Assembly: GCA_022709865.1 (NCBI GenBank)
Contig: JAKLIA010000002.1
Span: 14,521-78,520 of the forward strand
Length of the DNA: 64,000 nt
Source of the DNA: Patescibacteria group bacterium
Lineage (GTDB): Bacteria > Patescibacteriota > Minisyncoccia > Portnoybacterales > GWB1-42-6
Reading direction: 5' to 3'
The notes below the pieces were generated by a model that made no database searches, was not told where the DNA came from, and saw only the letters and a list, made by a program, of their open reading frames with translations. The position numbers were made by a program, and so were the translations under genes. Of the stretch, positions 10,054 through 20,452 are shown in pieces (the first letter of the stretch is position 1; each line of letters begins with the position of its first letter).

Positions 10054-13000
10054 ATGAATAAGCAGAATAGGGGTTTTGTTTCCTCTGTTAAGAACGCCAA
10101 AAAGGGGCTCGTTTTTCTTGTTGCCGCAATCATAATGATTGGCGGTTTTTTTGTTTTATTTGCTCCACCGGCACATGCGGCGACGATCAATGTGAACGTT
10201 GCTTGTGTTGATACTGATTTAGAAACAGCTGTTTGTGATGACGGCGCTACTTATCGCACTATTCAAGGAGCGATTGATGCTGCCGTTACTGGAGACACGG
10301 TAGAGGTCGCAGCCGGAATCTATACCGAGCAGATTTTAATACAGAAAGATTTAATTTTAACTGGCGCTGGCAAGGAGGCAACCACTATTAAAGCCCCGGC
10401 CATTGTTCGCAACAGTGCACCGGGCTACACCAGCACAACTTGGTCTAGTGATAACTGGGAAAGCGATTATTTATTAGCGGCTTATCCAATGGCTCTTGGC
10501 GACAGCGACCCAACAATTAGCGTGAAGGTCACTGGTTTTACTTTTGACGCAGATAATCAACCAGGGCAGTTTAGCCGGTTTACGGGGATTTTATTCAGAA
10601 AAGTAGCGGGATCAACGGTTGCGGATGCGGGTTTATTCAACAGCGATATAAAAGGCTTTGCTAGCTCGGGAAGCACGGTTACCGGAATTAGGATTCTAGA
10701 TGGCTCAAAACTAACCTTAGATAATAATACGGTTGAAAAATATTATATGGGCGCAATCTCTTACGGGACGACTAACTTAACGCGTCCTATAGTTAATATG
10801 ACCAATAATATTTTTTACCCAAACTCCGGCAATATTAACGACGATATAGAATACCGAGAAGCTAGAGCAGGTTTAATTAGCGGTAACACGGTTAATTATA
10901 ACGGAATGAGCAGTAGCTTAAAGTACCCAATAGTTCTTGTCTCGTCTCACGGGTTAACGGTAGAAAACAACATCCTTTCCTATGCGGTAAATGGAATATA
11001 TATTTATAGTAACTCCGACAGCAACACTATTTCTGGCAATACAATATCTAATTGTAGTAGTAATGGTATTTATCTTTCCAACTCCGACAGCAACACTATT
11101 TCTGGCAATACAATATCTAATGTTAAATATTCTGGTTTTGGGAATACCATCGCCGAAGTTAATAATGGGGCGGCTGGCTGGGGAATTGGCTTTGACGGAG
11201 AGTATAATGACGGAAGCTTAATTGCCGGCACCGGCTCAAACAATAATACAGTAACCGGTAACACAGTTTCAGACAGCGATGTGGCGGTTGACGTTTATGT
11301 TGGGGCTGGGAATACAGTTAATAATAAAAATAATTTTTCGGGTAATTTTATTGCTGTTCACAATAACGAAGTCGCATTATTAGATGCAACAGAAAACTAT
11401 TGGGGTAGCGCGACTCCTGTTTGGGCTTCAACAATTTCCGGCAATATAACCTATGACCCCTGGTATGCTGATGAAGCAATGACAATTTTAAGCACACCGG
11501 AAGAGGTCTATGTTGATGATGACTATAAGGCCGAAAGTGCCGGCAGTCATATTTGGGGCATAGATGCCTTTGCAACGATCCAAGAAGGAATAAATAAAGT
11601 TGCGACCGGTGGAACCGTTAATGTGGCGGCAGGAACTTATGCGGATAATCTAACGATAAATAAATCAATAACTATTAATGGTGCTAATGCTGGAATAGCG
11701 GGTAATGCGTCTCGTGGTTCTGAGTCCATCGTTGATGGCGGAGATTCAGGCGCAGTGGTAACAATCACGGCAGACGACGTAACATTTGATGGATTTAAAG
11801 TTCAAAATTCTGGACTAACGGGTGTTGAGGCAGGAATTTTTATACAAGGAGTATCTGGCGTTAATGTTAAAAATAATATTGTAACGGATAACTTTGCTGG
11901 TATTGCACTAGCTGCCGCTACATTAAATACTGTCGAAAATAATGCGTTAACCCTTAATTATTTTGGTATCTATGTAGGTACCGACACAAATCCTTCAACG
12001 GGAAATACAATTAAGGAAAATGATGTTGCGACTACAATAAAAACCCCTCTAGGAGAAGACAAGTATTCAGGAGATGGTATTTACGTGGATAAAGATTGTA
12101 ATGAAAACATCTTTACTGATAACAATGTACACAATAACGACAAGGATGGCTTTTACTTCTGGAAATCGAGTAATAGTGAAGTGACCGGCAACATTATTTC
12201 CGGGAATGTTGCCTTTGGAATCGAAATGAAAGGTTCAAGTAACAACGCCGTCACCGATAATACGATTACTGAAAACAAAGATGGATTCCATATAAGAAAT
12301 ACTGCCGAAGTAGGATACTCGATAATAGGTAACAACATCAGTACGAATAAGATTTACGACAACACTCGTGTAAATCTTTATACGGATGCAAATCAAGACA
12401 CCAACTTTAAGGCGGAAAATAACTGGTGGGGAAGTGCCAACAAAACAACAATTGAAAGTAAATTGGCCGGCTATGGCTTTGATTTGTCCTCAGAAACCAA
12501 TACGACGCCAGGAACTCTAGAATATATAGATTTTGAGCCATACTATATCAGTAATGCTAAGGATATTTTAAATACCGACGCCGTAGATACTGTTTATGTA
12601 GATGATGGTTATTCAGACAATAACGCTGGCACTCACAGTTTCGGCTATGACGCATTCACCACAATTGCAGAAGGCATCAACGCGGTTGCTTCCGGCGGTA
12701 CGGTTAATGTAATGGCCGGAACTTATACTGAAAATTTAACGATTAGCAAATCGATTACTATTTTAGGAGAAGATAAAACCACGACCATTATTGACGGCAA
12801 CGGCTCCGGAGCAGTAGTAAAAATTACAGCTAACGACGTAGCGTTAAAAAACTTTACCGTGCAAAATTCCGGAACTGATATTCTTGAAAACGACGGAACA
12901 AATGGCGGTATTTTGGTTCAGGATGCCACCGGCTGTACCATTGAAAATAATATTTTTACAAATGACTTAAACAGCGTTCTTCTTTTAGCTTCAAGCAGTA

Positions 13001-16000
13001 ATAATGTTAAAGATAATACCATTACCGGAAGTGCTCGATATGGCATAGTCTTGGATTATAATCCTCTTGAGGGTGATCAAGGGACTATTCCTTCTACGGC
13101 AAACACAATTTCCGGAAACACGATTACGCTTAGCGGAAGAGACGGAATTTATATCGGAAGAGAGAGCGATGATAATATAATCACTACTAATACCGTTAGC
13201 GGAACCGTTGGAACCGATGAAACGCTTGTAACTGATAACGGCTTAGAAGGAAACGGTATTTATTTTTGGAAATCAAGCGGGAACACCGTAACAAATAATA
13301 CCATCTCTGATAACAATACAAATGGTATTGAGATGATGGGCTCAAATAACAATACTATTACAGGGAATTCTATCACGGGGAATAAAATAGGATTGCTTGC
13401 AAGACGCAGCGACTCTTTCGTCTTTTTCCCAAATACCTTCAGTGGAAATACTCTTACGGGTAATACGGAATATGCTGTTAGTACAAATTTTACTGAATCA
13501 GACGGATCTTTTATCGCCACTAGTAACTGGTGGGGCAGCGCGGACTACCAAACTATAAAAACAAAAGTTTCTAATAATGTTGATTATGCCCCTTGGTACG
13601 TTGACGAAAATAAAATCATCTTAAGCAATGACGTTTCCAGAAAACCGACAATCACGCTTTTGTCTCCGGCGGATGGTTTTTATTCCAAATCTGAAACAAC
13701 CTCCCATAAATTTAAAGTTTCCGATTCGGTGGATAGCTTAATAAGCTGCATTCTTCATTGGGGAGAAGCCGGCTCACAATCTTTTATCGATGTTCCGGCT
13801 GATAGCAGCGAATTTGATGCTGGCACATTAACTAATTCCGACGGCACGACAAATACTTGGTATGTTACTTGCTCCGATGGCGCGGGTAATTCCGGTGAAA
13901 GCGACCATTGGACTTTTACGGTTGATACTAGCGCGCCGGCAGAACCAACTATAGACGAAGTTTCTACCCCGACCAATATTTCTTCCCAAACCATTTCCGG
14001 AACAAAAGAAGCTAATACTTCGGTTTGGTTAAATGGTTTTGAAATTGTTTCTTTAGATGGCGGAGTAAATTGGTCTTATAACTTGTCTTTAACCGAGGGA
14101 ATTAATGAAATTTCAATTACCACAAAAGATGCGGCCGGCAACGAAAGCGAGGCGGTAACTTCAGCAATTATTTACGATACAACCGCCCCAGAAGGAACAT
14201 TGAGCATTAATGATGGCGCCGCATATACTAATAGCAGCGAGGTAACCTTAACTGTTTCAGCAACCGATGACGGTTCAGGCGTTAAATTAATGGCTTTTAA
14301 TAATGGAACAGGGGATTACAGCGAATGGGAAGAATACGCGACAACTAAAACCTGGACGCTTTCTGACAATGATGGCGCAAAAAAAGTTAGGGTAAAATTC
14401 CAAGATAACTTAGGCAATGTTACTGAAATTGGTATTCTGGCAGAAATAATTTTAGACACTGTGGCGCCGGTTATTACCATTGAACCTTATGACGACACCA
14501 CGCCAACCAGCCAAGATATAACGGTAACAGCCACGGCCGACCACGGATCATTTAACGAAAATCCGCATACTTTTACAGAAAACTCTTCATTCACTTTTAT
14601 CGCCACTGACTTGGCAGGAAACAGTACCAGTGAAAGCGTAGAGATAACTAATATCGATAAAGAAGAACCGGTTATTACCATTAATGGTCCGGATGTTGTT
14701 GAGATTGCATACGGTTCTTCTTATTCGGATGCCGGTGCGACCGCAACGGATAACCACGACGGCAGTATTACTGTAATTTCAAGCGGGGTAGATTCAGTTG
14801 ATACAAGCAAATTAGGCGATTATACGATTACTTATAACGCCACTGATAGCGCGGGCAATGCGGCTGTAGAAAAAACGCGAACAGTTAGTGTTGTTAAAGC
14901 GCTTTTAACAATAACCGCTAATGATGCCAGTAAAACTTATGGTGATGAAAAAGTTTTTGCCGGCACAGAATTTACGGCTACAGGCTTACAAAATAGCGAC
15001 ACCATAACAAGCACAACTATTGTCAGTAGCGGCTCTGATGCCAGTGTTTTCGCGGGAAGCTATGATATTGAAATTACCGATGCTCAGGGTAGCGGGCTTA
15101 GCAATTACGAGATTGCTTATAACAAAGGAACTTTAACGGTTAATAAAAAAGCTCTCACGGTTACGGCTGAAGCCAACAAAAAGACTTACGATGGCGATAC
15201 AGTCGCCGCCGCAATTCCGGTTATAACGGGAACTTTAGCCAATAGCGACACGGCCGGTTTTATTGAAGCTTACAGCAACGCCAATGTCGGCACAGGCAAA
15301 ACACTTGTGCCCAGCGGAATAGTTAATGACGGCAACGACGGAAATAATTATGCCGTGACTTTTGTAAATAACACCGCCGGTATTATTGTGGCTCAAGCGC
15401 CAAGTAGCTTCGCGGCAGATTCGGCAACGACTAATAGTTTAGCTTTGTCATGGACCAACCCTAATGCGAATTCTAATGATCATTATATTGTTAAGCGTTC
15501 AGCCAGCGAAATTACCGCAGAAAATTTTGATACGGCATTAACTTTAGGCGGCACACCAATACCGGCGACAGGCAATCAAGGTTATGCGGTTAAAAATTTA
15601 TCAGCTGACACAACATATTATTTCGCGATTAAATTAGTTGATAGCCTTGGCAACACGGCTGGTATCTCTACAGCTTCCGGCAAAACCTTGGCGGCGACTG
15701 ATATTTCCACCGATACCGTGGCTCCGAGCGCGATAGGCGACTTGGCGGCTCAGGCCGGAACAATAGCTACCAGTCAAATTAAATTAACCTGGACGGCAAC
15801 AGGCGACGATGAAACAACCGGCATCGCTACCAAATACATTATTAAGCGCTCTGGAAGCACTATAACGGCCGATAATTTTGATGCGGCCACAACCGTGTTT
15901 AATTCGCTATCACCGCAAAGCGCGGGTTCAGCCGAATCTTTCACGGTTACCGGTTTAACCTCGGGTACGACTTATTATTTCGCGATTAAGGCGCAAGACG

Positions 16001-17862
16001 AAGCCGGAAAGATTTCGGATATCAGTAATATCGCCAATAGAACAACCAGCTCTGATTTACCGACAAACACAAACGTGAATCCGGCGACCGGACAAAATGA
16101 CGGAGCGGTGGCGATAACGGTGACCGGAACAAATTTCGTTGATGGCGCCAATACTTTAAGATTTTCCAATTCCCAAAATTCTTTTGATTTAACGGCAACC
16201 TATATTAGCGCGACCAGCTTAACGGCCTCAGTGCCGGTGGGCACGCCGGTTGGCACTTATAGCTTGAAGGTTATTAATTCCAACGGCACCTCAGCTGCTT
16301 TGCTTTCAGCCTATGAAGTCACAGCCGCGCCGATTCCGCCGCCAACTGTCAACGATGTTATACCGTCAACTGTTGGCACTAACGACACTAATATTAATCT
16401 AACAATTATCGGTTCTAACTTTACGGGCGCGACTTCAGTGACAATCAATGGTGTGGCTCTTGATGTCCTAAGTGTGGATAGCGATACCAGTATCACCGGG
16501 GCGCTATCCGGTATTGGCGTAGCGGGCAGTTATGATGTAAAAGTTACAGCTAATGGCACCAATGAAATGAGCTCGGTTAAATTAACTGTTAAGGCGCCGC
16601 TAATTATTGATTCCACTACCCTGGAACAAACAACTAATGATCCGATTGATTTGAGTACCACCAACACTATTCCGGTTCAAATAACTTTGCAATCCGACGA
16701 CACAATTGTTAATACCGAAACCGTTGGTTCGGTAGAAGTGGTTATTCCACCGGCCACAGAGATATTGAAAGCCGATGGCACCGCCTACACCGGCAACATT
16801 AATCCACCGCAGATCGTTAAGCCGACCGAAGAAATTATCGCTAAAGCCGGAGCTGACGCGGTGGTCATAACGATGGGTAATCCAGAAGAAAAAATTACTT
16901 TTAGCAACGATTTTGTCACGACTGTTACGTTGGAAACAACCAATACCGCGGCTCCGTTAATTTGGTATTATAAACCGGATGGCACATTGGAATTAGCGGG
17001 TAAAGCCGGAATTAAGGATGGAGTGACTTACGCGGTTGGCGGTACGGTTTTAAACACGGTCAATAACGGCTCAATCTACACCTACACTATCGGCATTCTG
17101 ATGGATCATATGTCTAGTTATGTGGCGGGCGTTAATCCGACTATCAGCTCTCTTTCGCCGACTGCCAGTCAGTCCGGCAATACGATAACTATTACCGGCA
17201 CTAATTTTAGTGTTGGCGCCACGGTTACCTTTAACGGAGCAACCGTAATAAGTTCATACTTAAATACCACCAGTATGTCGGCAATCGTACCGGCTAGCAG
17301 CGTAGGAACTTATAATGTAGCCGTAATTAATACCGATGGTTTAAGTAGTAACAATAAGACCTTTGATATTATCCCAGTCCCATACAATCTTACTAGTGGT
17401 GGTTCTTTAGGAGGTAGCAGTGGTACTTCAATGGTGCAACCAACAATTACTGCTCCGGCAACTGAAATTACCGGCCAAGTCTTAGGCGAACAGACATTCG
17501 CGGATGGCGCAATGATCCGAGCGACTAACGGTTTTGATGTTTATATCGTTAAATATACGGGTAATAAAAAGTTTAAGCGCTTAATCTTAAATCCATCGGT
17601 GTTCAATAGCTATCAGCATTTGAAATGGGCCGATGTTCTGAATGTTGACCAAAGCGTGATAGACTCGTTCACAACCTCGGAGTTGGTCCGGGTAGTGGGC
17701 GACACCAGAGTCTACAAGCTGGCTCCAGCTGGTGATACCGGAACCAAGCAATGGGTTAAGACAGCTGCCGCGTTCAACAATAGAAGCTTTGATTGGGATG
17801 CAATCTATGAAATTAATGCCACCGATCGCAACTCCTATATCACCGGCGCAGAGATAGAATAA
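10054..17862 (+). CDS. Giant (2602-aa) cell-surface protein. N-terminal signal anchor; two blocks of right-handed parallel beta-helix (pectate-lyase/NosD-like) repeats; Ig-like and DUF5011-like domains; MBG domains; two FN3 domains; three IPT/TIG-like domains.
   Basis: N-terminal TM/signal (LVFLVAAIIMIGGFFVLFAPPAHA). Repeated NxISGNTI / GIYL beta-helix rungs. NWWGS...YDPWY capping motifs occur twice. ATDNHDGSITV...YTITYNATDSAGN (DUF5011-like). KTYGDE / KTYDGD MBG-type repeats. SWTNP...YYFAIK FN3 repeats (x2). ITVTGTNF...Y..KVIN IPT/TIG-like repeats (x3). No C-terminal TM or LPXTG. Confidence 0.85.
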   Translation: MNKQNRGFVSSVKNAKKGLVFLVAAIIMIGGFFVLFAPPAHAATINVNVACVDTDLETAVCDDGATYRTIQGAIDAAVTGDTVEVAAGIYTEQILIQKDLILTGAGKEATTIKAPAIVRNSAPGYTSTTWSSDNWESDYLLAAYPMALGDSDPTISVKVTGFTFDADNQPGQFSRFTGILFRKVAGSTVADAGLFNSDIKGFASSGSTVTGIRILDGSKLTLDNNTVEKYYMGAISYGTTNLTRPIVNMTNNIFYPNSGNINDDIEYREARAGLISGNTVNYNGMSSSLKYPIVLVSSHGLTVENNILSYAVNGIYIYSNSDSNTISGNTISNCSSNGIYLSNSDSNTISGNTISNVKYSGFGNTIAEVNNGAAGWGIGFDGEYNDGSLIAGTGSNNNTVTGNTVSDSDVAVDVYVGAGNTVNNKNNFSGNFIAVHNNEVALLDATENYWGSATPVWASTISGNITYDPWYADEAMTILSTPEEVYVDDDYKAESAGSHIWGIDAFATIQEGINKVATGGTVNVAAGTYADNLTINKSITINGANAGIAGNASRGSESIVDGGDSGAVVTITADDVTFDGFKVQNSGLTGVEAGIFIQGVSGVNVKNNIVTDNFAGIALAAATLNTVENNALTLNYFGIYVGTDTNPSTGNTIKENDVATTIKTPLGEDKYSGDGIYVDKDCNENIFTDNNVHNNDKDGFYFWKSSNSEVTGNIISGNVAFGIEMKGSSNNAVTDNTITENKDGFHIRNTAEVGYSIIGNNISTNKIYDNTRVNLYTDANQDTNFKAENNWWGSANKTTIESKLAGYGFDLSSETNTTPGTLEYIDFEPYYISNAKDILNTDAVDTVYVDDGYSDNNAGTHSFGYDAFTTIAEGINAVASGGTVNVMAGTYTENLTISKSITILGEDKTTTIIDGNGSGAVVKITANDVALKNFTVQNSGTDILENDGTNGGILVQDATGCTIENNIFTNDLNSVLLLASSSNNVKDNTITGSARYGIVLDYNPLEGDQGTIPSTANTISGNTITLSGRDGIYIGRESDDNIITTNTVSGTVGTDETLVTDNGLEGNGIYFWKSSGNTVTNNTISDNNTNGIEMMGSNNNTITGNSITGNKIGLLARRSDSFVFFPNTFSGNTLTGNTEYAVSTNFTESDGSFIATSNWWGSADYQTIKTKVSNNVDYAPWYVDENKIILSNDVSRKPTITLLSPADGFYSKSETTSHKFKVSDSVDSLISCILHWGEAGSQSFIDVPADSSEFDAGTLTNSDGTTNTWYVTCSDGAGNSGESDHWTFTVDTSAPAEPTIDEVSTPTNISSQTISGTKEANTSVWLNGFEIVSLDGGVNWSYNLSLTEGINEISITTKDAAGNESEAVTSAIIYDTTAPEGTLSINDGAAYTNSSEVTLTVSATDDGSGVKLMAFNNGTGDYSEWEEYATTKTWTLSDNDGAKKVRVKFQDNLGNVTEIGILAEIILDTVAPVITIEPYDDTTPTSQDITVTATADHGSFNENPHTFTENSSFTFIATDLAGNSTSESVEITNIDKEEPVITINGPDVVEIAYGSSYSDAGATATDNHDGSITVISSGVDSVDTSKLGDYTITYNATDSAGNAAVEKTRTVSVVKALLTITANDASKTYGDEKVFAGTEFTATGLQNSDTITSTTIVSSGSDASVFAGSYDIEITDAQGSGLSNYEIAYNKGTLTVNKKALTVTAEANKKTYDGDTVAAAIPVITGTLANSDTAGFIEAYSNANVGTGKTLVPSGIVNDGNDGNNYAVTFVNNTAGIIVAQAPSSFAADSATTNSLALSWTNPNANSNDHYIVKRSASEITAENFDTALTLGGTPIPATGNQGYAVKNLSADTTYYFAIKLVDSLGNTAGISTASGKTLAATDISTDTVAPSAIGDLAAQAGTIATSQIKLTWTATGDDETTGIATKYIIKRSGSTITADNFDAATTVFNSLSPQSAGSAESFTVTGLTSGTTYYFAIKAQDEAGKISDISNIANRTTSSDLPTNTNVNPATGQNDGAVAITVTGTNFVDGANTLRFSNSQNSFDLTATYISATSLTASVPVGTPVGTYSLKVINSNGTSAALLSAYEVTAAPIPPPTVNDVIPSTVGTNDTNINLTIIGSNFTGATSVTINGVALDVLSVDSDTSITGALSGIGVAGSYDVKVTANGTNEMSSVKLTVKAPLIIDSTTLEQTTNDPIDLSTTNTIPVQITLQSDDTIVNTETVGSVEVVIPPATEILKADGTAYTGNINPPQIVKPTEEIIAKAGADAVVITMGNPEEKITFSNDFVTTVTLETTNTAAPLIWYYKPDGTLELAGKAGIKDGVTYAVGGTVLNTVNNGSIYTYTIGILMDHMSSYVAGVNPTISSLSPTASQSGNTITITGTNFSVGATVTFNGATVISSYLNTTSMSAIVPASSVGTYNVAVINTDGLSSNNKTFDIIPVPYNLTSGGSLGGSSGTSMVQPTITAPATEITGQVLGEQTFADGAMIRATNGFDVYIVKYTGNKKFKRLILNPSVFNSYQHLKWADVLNVDQSVIDSFTTSELVRVVGDTRVYKLAPAGDTGTKQWVKTAAAFNNRSFDWDAIYEINATDRNSYITGAEIE
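11011..11121 (+). repeat. Perfect 42-bp direct repeat (two copies, 69-bp period) inside the giant gene, corresponding to duplicated beta-helix rungs
   Basis: aactccgacagcaacactatttctggcaatacaatatctaat occurs at 11011-11052 and again at 11080-11121. The 69-bp (23-aa) period matches the beta-helix coil length. In frame (NSDSNTISGNTISN x2). Confidence 0.8.
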
Positions 17863-17877
17863 ACATTGAGACAGAAA

Positions 17878-17903
17878 GAGCCCCGAGCTAATAAGCAAAG
17901 GGC
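17878..17903 (+). terminator. Rho-independent terminator after the giant gene
   Basis: AAGAGCCC / GGGCTCTT 8-bp stem followed by TTTGTT. Confidence 0.5.
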
Positions 17904-17944
17904 TCTTTTGTTAAGAGACAAATAATTGTGGTATTATATAAATA

Positions 17945-18979
17945 ATGTTTCATTTGCTAAAAAAGGACTTTATTCCTCATGAAGCCAATGGCCACCAGCC
18001 TCATATTTTAAGATGGGAGGCTCTTTTAGCTGTTTTAGGCTTAGCCCTTGGAATAGAGGTCTTTTTTTTAGCCCAAGTTTTTGTTTTAGGACCGCTTGGC
18101 AATATTTTTTCTTCTATTTTGCCTTCAACCTTAACCAGCTTAACGAATCTTGATCGCCAAAAGGATAATCTGTCGACCTTAACCGTTAATCCTATTTTAC
18201 AAAAAGCAGCCGAACTTAAAGCGCAGGATATGGCGGCTAAAAGTTATTTTGCTCACACGAGCCCCGAAGGCTTAACTCCGTGGTATTGGCTGGAAGAAGC
18301 CGGGTATAAGTTTATTGTCGCTGGCGAAAACCTGGCTATTAACTTTGTGGATTCGCAAGACGTGGAGAATGCCTGGATGAACTCTCCTGCGCACCGCGCT
18401 AATATTTTAAATAATAACTTCACAGAAATCGGCATTGCGACAGCCAAGGGGGTTTATAATGGCAAGGAAACATTTTTTATTGCACAATTTTTTGGCCGGC
18501 CGGCAGCAGCTGCTGCAATTGAACAAAAAGAAAAAGAAGTTGAACCGATAGCCACACCTTCTTTTTCTCTAAAGCCAAGCCCGGCTACCACCAGCCCAGA
18601 AATCGAGAGCCAAGAAACCTTCGCTTTAGTTATGGGAGAAACCAAAGAAGCGCAAGAGACACTAATAGTGTCGGAGCTGCCAATAACTCCAACTGCGCCC
18701 CAAAAAGAACAATTGGAATCATATAAATCCGTATTGGCAAACAAATCGGCTTTTTTATCTCAAGTGCAAAAAATCCTATCCGAGCCTCACAGTATGACTA
18801 ATTATCTTTTTATTATGCTTTTTACTATAATTTTACTGGCGTTAGTTTTAAAGATTTTTGTTAAAATTAAAATCCAATACCCTGCATTAATTGCTAACGG
18901 ATTAGTTGCCTTGTTAGTCATCTCTTCTATTATGTTGATTAACCAGTTTTTAAGCTTATATCAGGTTAAGATCTTTTAG
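17945..18979 (+). CDS. CAP-domain (SCP/PR-1/YkwD-like) protein with N-terminal TM anchor, Ala/Pro-rich linker and C-terminal hydrophobic helices
   Basis: CAP motifs YFAHTSPEG...WMNSPAHRANIL. N-terminal TM. C-terminal two hydrophobic segments. Confidence 0.8.
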   Translation: MFHLLKKDFIPHEANGHQPHILRWEALLAVLGLALGIEVFFLAQVFVLGPLGNIFSSILPSTLTSLTNLDRQKDNLSTLTVNPILQKAAELKAQDMAAKSYFAHTSPEGLTPWYWLEEAGYKFIVAGENLAINFVDSQDVENAWMNSPAHRANILNNNFTEIGIATAKGVYNGKETFFIAQFFGRPAAAAAIEQKEKEVEPIATPSFSLKPSPATTSPEIESQETFALVMGETKEAQETLIVSELPITPTAPQKEQLESYKSVLANKSAFLSQVQKILSEPHSMTNYLFIMLFTIILLALVLKIFVKIKIQYPALIANGLVALLVISSIMLINQFLSLYQVKIF

Positions 18980-19073
18980 TTCTTTGAGCTGTTTTGTTGA
19001 TTATTTTTTCGAATAGATTATAATTTAATAAGTTCTTTTTTATCCACAAAAATACTAAAAAAGGAGATTGTTT

Positions 19074-19244
19074 ATGGTGCAGCCGAAGATTGAGTCTTAT
19101 AAAAATGAAATAAACGACATCAAAGAAAAAATGTACAATGAGAGCAAGAGAGTTTCTTTAAGAAAGAGAAAAAGACGCTTAAAAAGAATTGACTTATTGA
19201 TGAGCAAAATAAACGATACTAATTTTAGGGAAGCAAATCCCTAA
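19074..19244 (+). CDS. Small basic ORF (56 aa), hypothetical
   Basis: ATG at 19074, 7 nt downstream of a canonical AAGGAG. Product MVQPKIESYKNEINDIKEKMYNESKRVSLRKRKRRLKRIDLLMSKINDTNFREANP is Lys/Arg-rich with a coiled-coil-like N-terminus. Below the 60-aa ORF-track cutoff. Confidence 0.35.
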   Translation: MVQPKIESYKNEINDIKEKMYNESKRVSLRKRKRRLKRIDLLMSKINDTNFREANP

Positions 19245-19349
19245 ACTCTTTAATGCCTTGGGCAACAATAATGCCTGGGGCATTTTTATTTTTATTGAAA
19301 TAGGGTTATTTTAAAAGCAGGGGATAAACAGGAGACAAAAGAGAAATTA

Positions 19350-20447
19350 TTGACAAGATATATCTTTTCTGTTATAATTTTACATATGGAATATTTGGCT
19401 CAAACAAAACAAAAAATAACCGGCTGGCTGGCAAAAGTAAGAATTGTTTTGCTGGAAGTTTTTGTGCCGAAAGAAACAAATAATTATTTACCCAAAGCTT
19501 TAAAGTCAAAGTATCTGTTTTGGTATGGCGCGTCTCTTTTGGCCGTTAAAATTATTTTTTTGTCTTTGGCTTTGGTTTTGCCATCGACCAGCCTTTTTTC
19601 ATCAATTACCTCACAGCAGCTCATAGCTATGATAAACCAAGAGCGCCAGGCCAGGAATCTTTCAACCTTAACGCTAGATAGCAACTTAAACTCTGTGGCC
19701 GGCTTGAAAGTAAACGATATGTTGGCAAAAAATTATTTTGACCACACCAGCCCTTCGGGCATCACTCCTTGGTATTGGTTTAAGCAGATCGGCTACAACT
19801 ATGTTTATGCTGGGGAAAACTTAGCTATGGGCTTTACCGAAACTGAGGCGGTTTTTCAAGCCTGGATGAACTCGCCGACCCATCGGGATAACATCTTGAA
19901 TCCTAATTATTCTGAAATAGGGCTGGCAGTAAAATCCGGCCAGATATTAAACCACGAAGACACCTTAGCGGTGCTAGTTTTTGGCAAAGAGCAATCTTCG
20001 GCAGTTAAAACTCAAGTTGCCCAGGCTTCGCCAACTCCTAGTGCTGTCGCGCCTGCGGCTCAAAAAACCGCAATTCCTTCTCCGGTAAAAACAACTCTGC
20101 CTAATGCTGAGCCGGTTATTTCAAATAGCCCTGTGGTAGCCGCGGCTACTCCTTCATCCAGCCCATCAATGGCGAACCAGATCGAATTAAAAACTATTGC
20201 CAAAGAAGAGGCGCCGATCTCTCGGGCAGCCCAAGAGGTAGCCCAAACCGGCTATGCGCCGCGGGTTTTAGGCGCGTTTGTTTCTAAGTCCGACGAAATA
20301 TTTAAAAGCCTTTATTTATACTTTACTTTATTCTTAGCTTGCGCCTTACTGGTTAATATCTTTGTGAAAATACGGATACAATATTGGCCAACCGTTATCG
20401 CTACGACTTTAATAACTTTATTGTCGGCTATATTAATTTTTGTTTAA
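19350..20447 (+). CDS. CAP-domain protein, tandem paralog of 17945-18979 (true start may be the internal Met at 19386)
   Basis: NYFDHTSPSG...WMNSPTHRDNIL. Same TM-CAP-linker-TM architecture as the upstream paralog. Confidence 0.8.
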   Translation: MTRYIFSVIILHMEYLAQTKQKITGWLAKVRIVLLEVFVPKETNNYLPKALKSKYLFWYGASLLAVKIIFLSLALVLPSTSLFSSITSQQLIAMINQERQARNLSTLTLDSNLNSVAGLKVNDMLAKNYFDHTSPSGITPWYWFKQIGYNYVYAGENLAMGFTETEAVFQAWMNSPTHRDNILNPNYSEIGLAVKSGQILNHEDTLAVLVFGKEQSSAVKTQVAQASPTPSAVAPAAQKTAIPSPVKTTLPNAEPVISNSPVVAAATPSSSPSMANQIELKTIAKEEAPISRAAQEVAQTGYAPRVLGAFVSKSDEIFKSLYLYFTLFLACALLVNIFVKIRIQYWPTVIATTLITLLSAILIFV

Positions 20448-20452
20448 CTATC

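Noticed and set aside
10991-17898. Multiple 60-100-aa ORFs on both strands (for example 10991-11221, 11070-11264, 13260-13520, 17587-17898)
   Set aside because: Embedded in or antisense to the 7.8-kb giant gene, whose frame is continuous and domain-rich. The 42-bp repeat was considered as a CRISPR-like repeat but is a 2-copy in-frame coding duplication without unique spacers.
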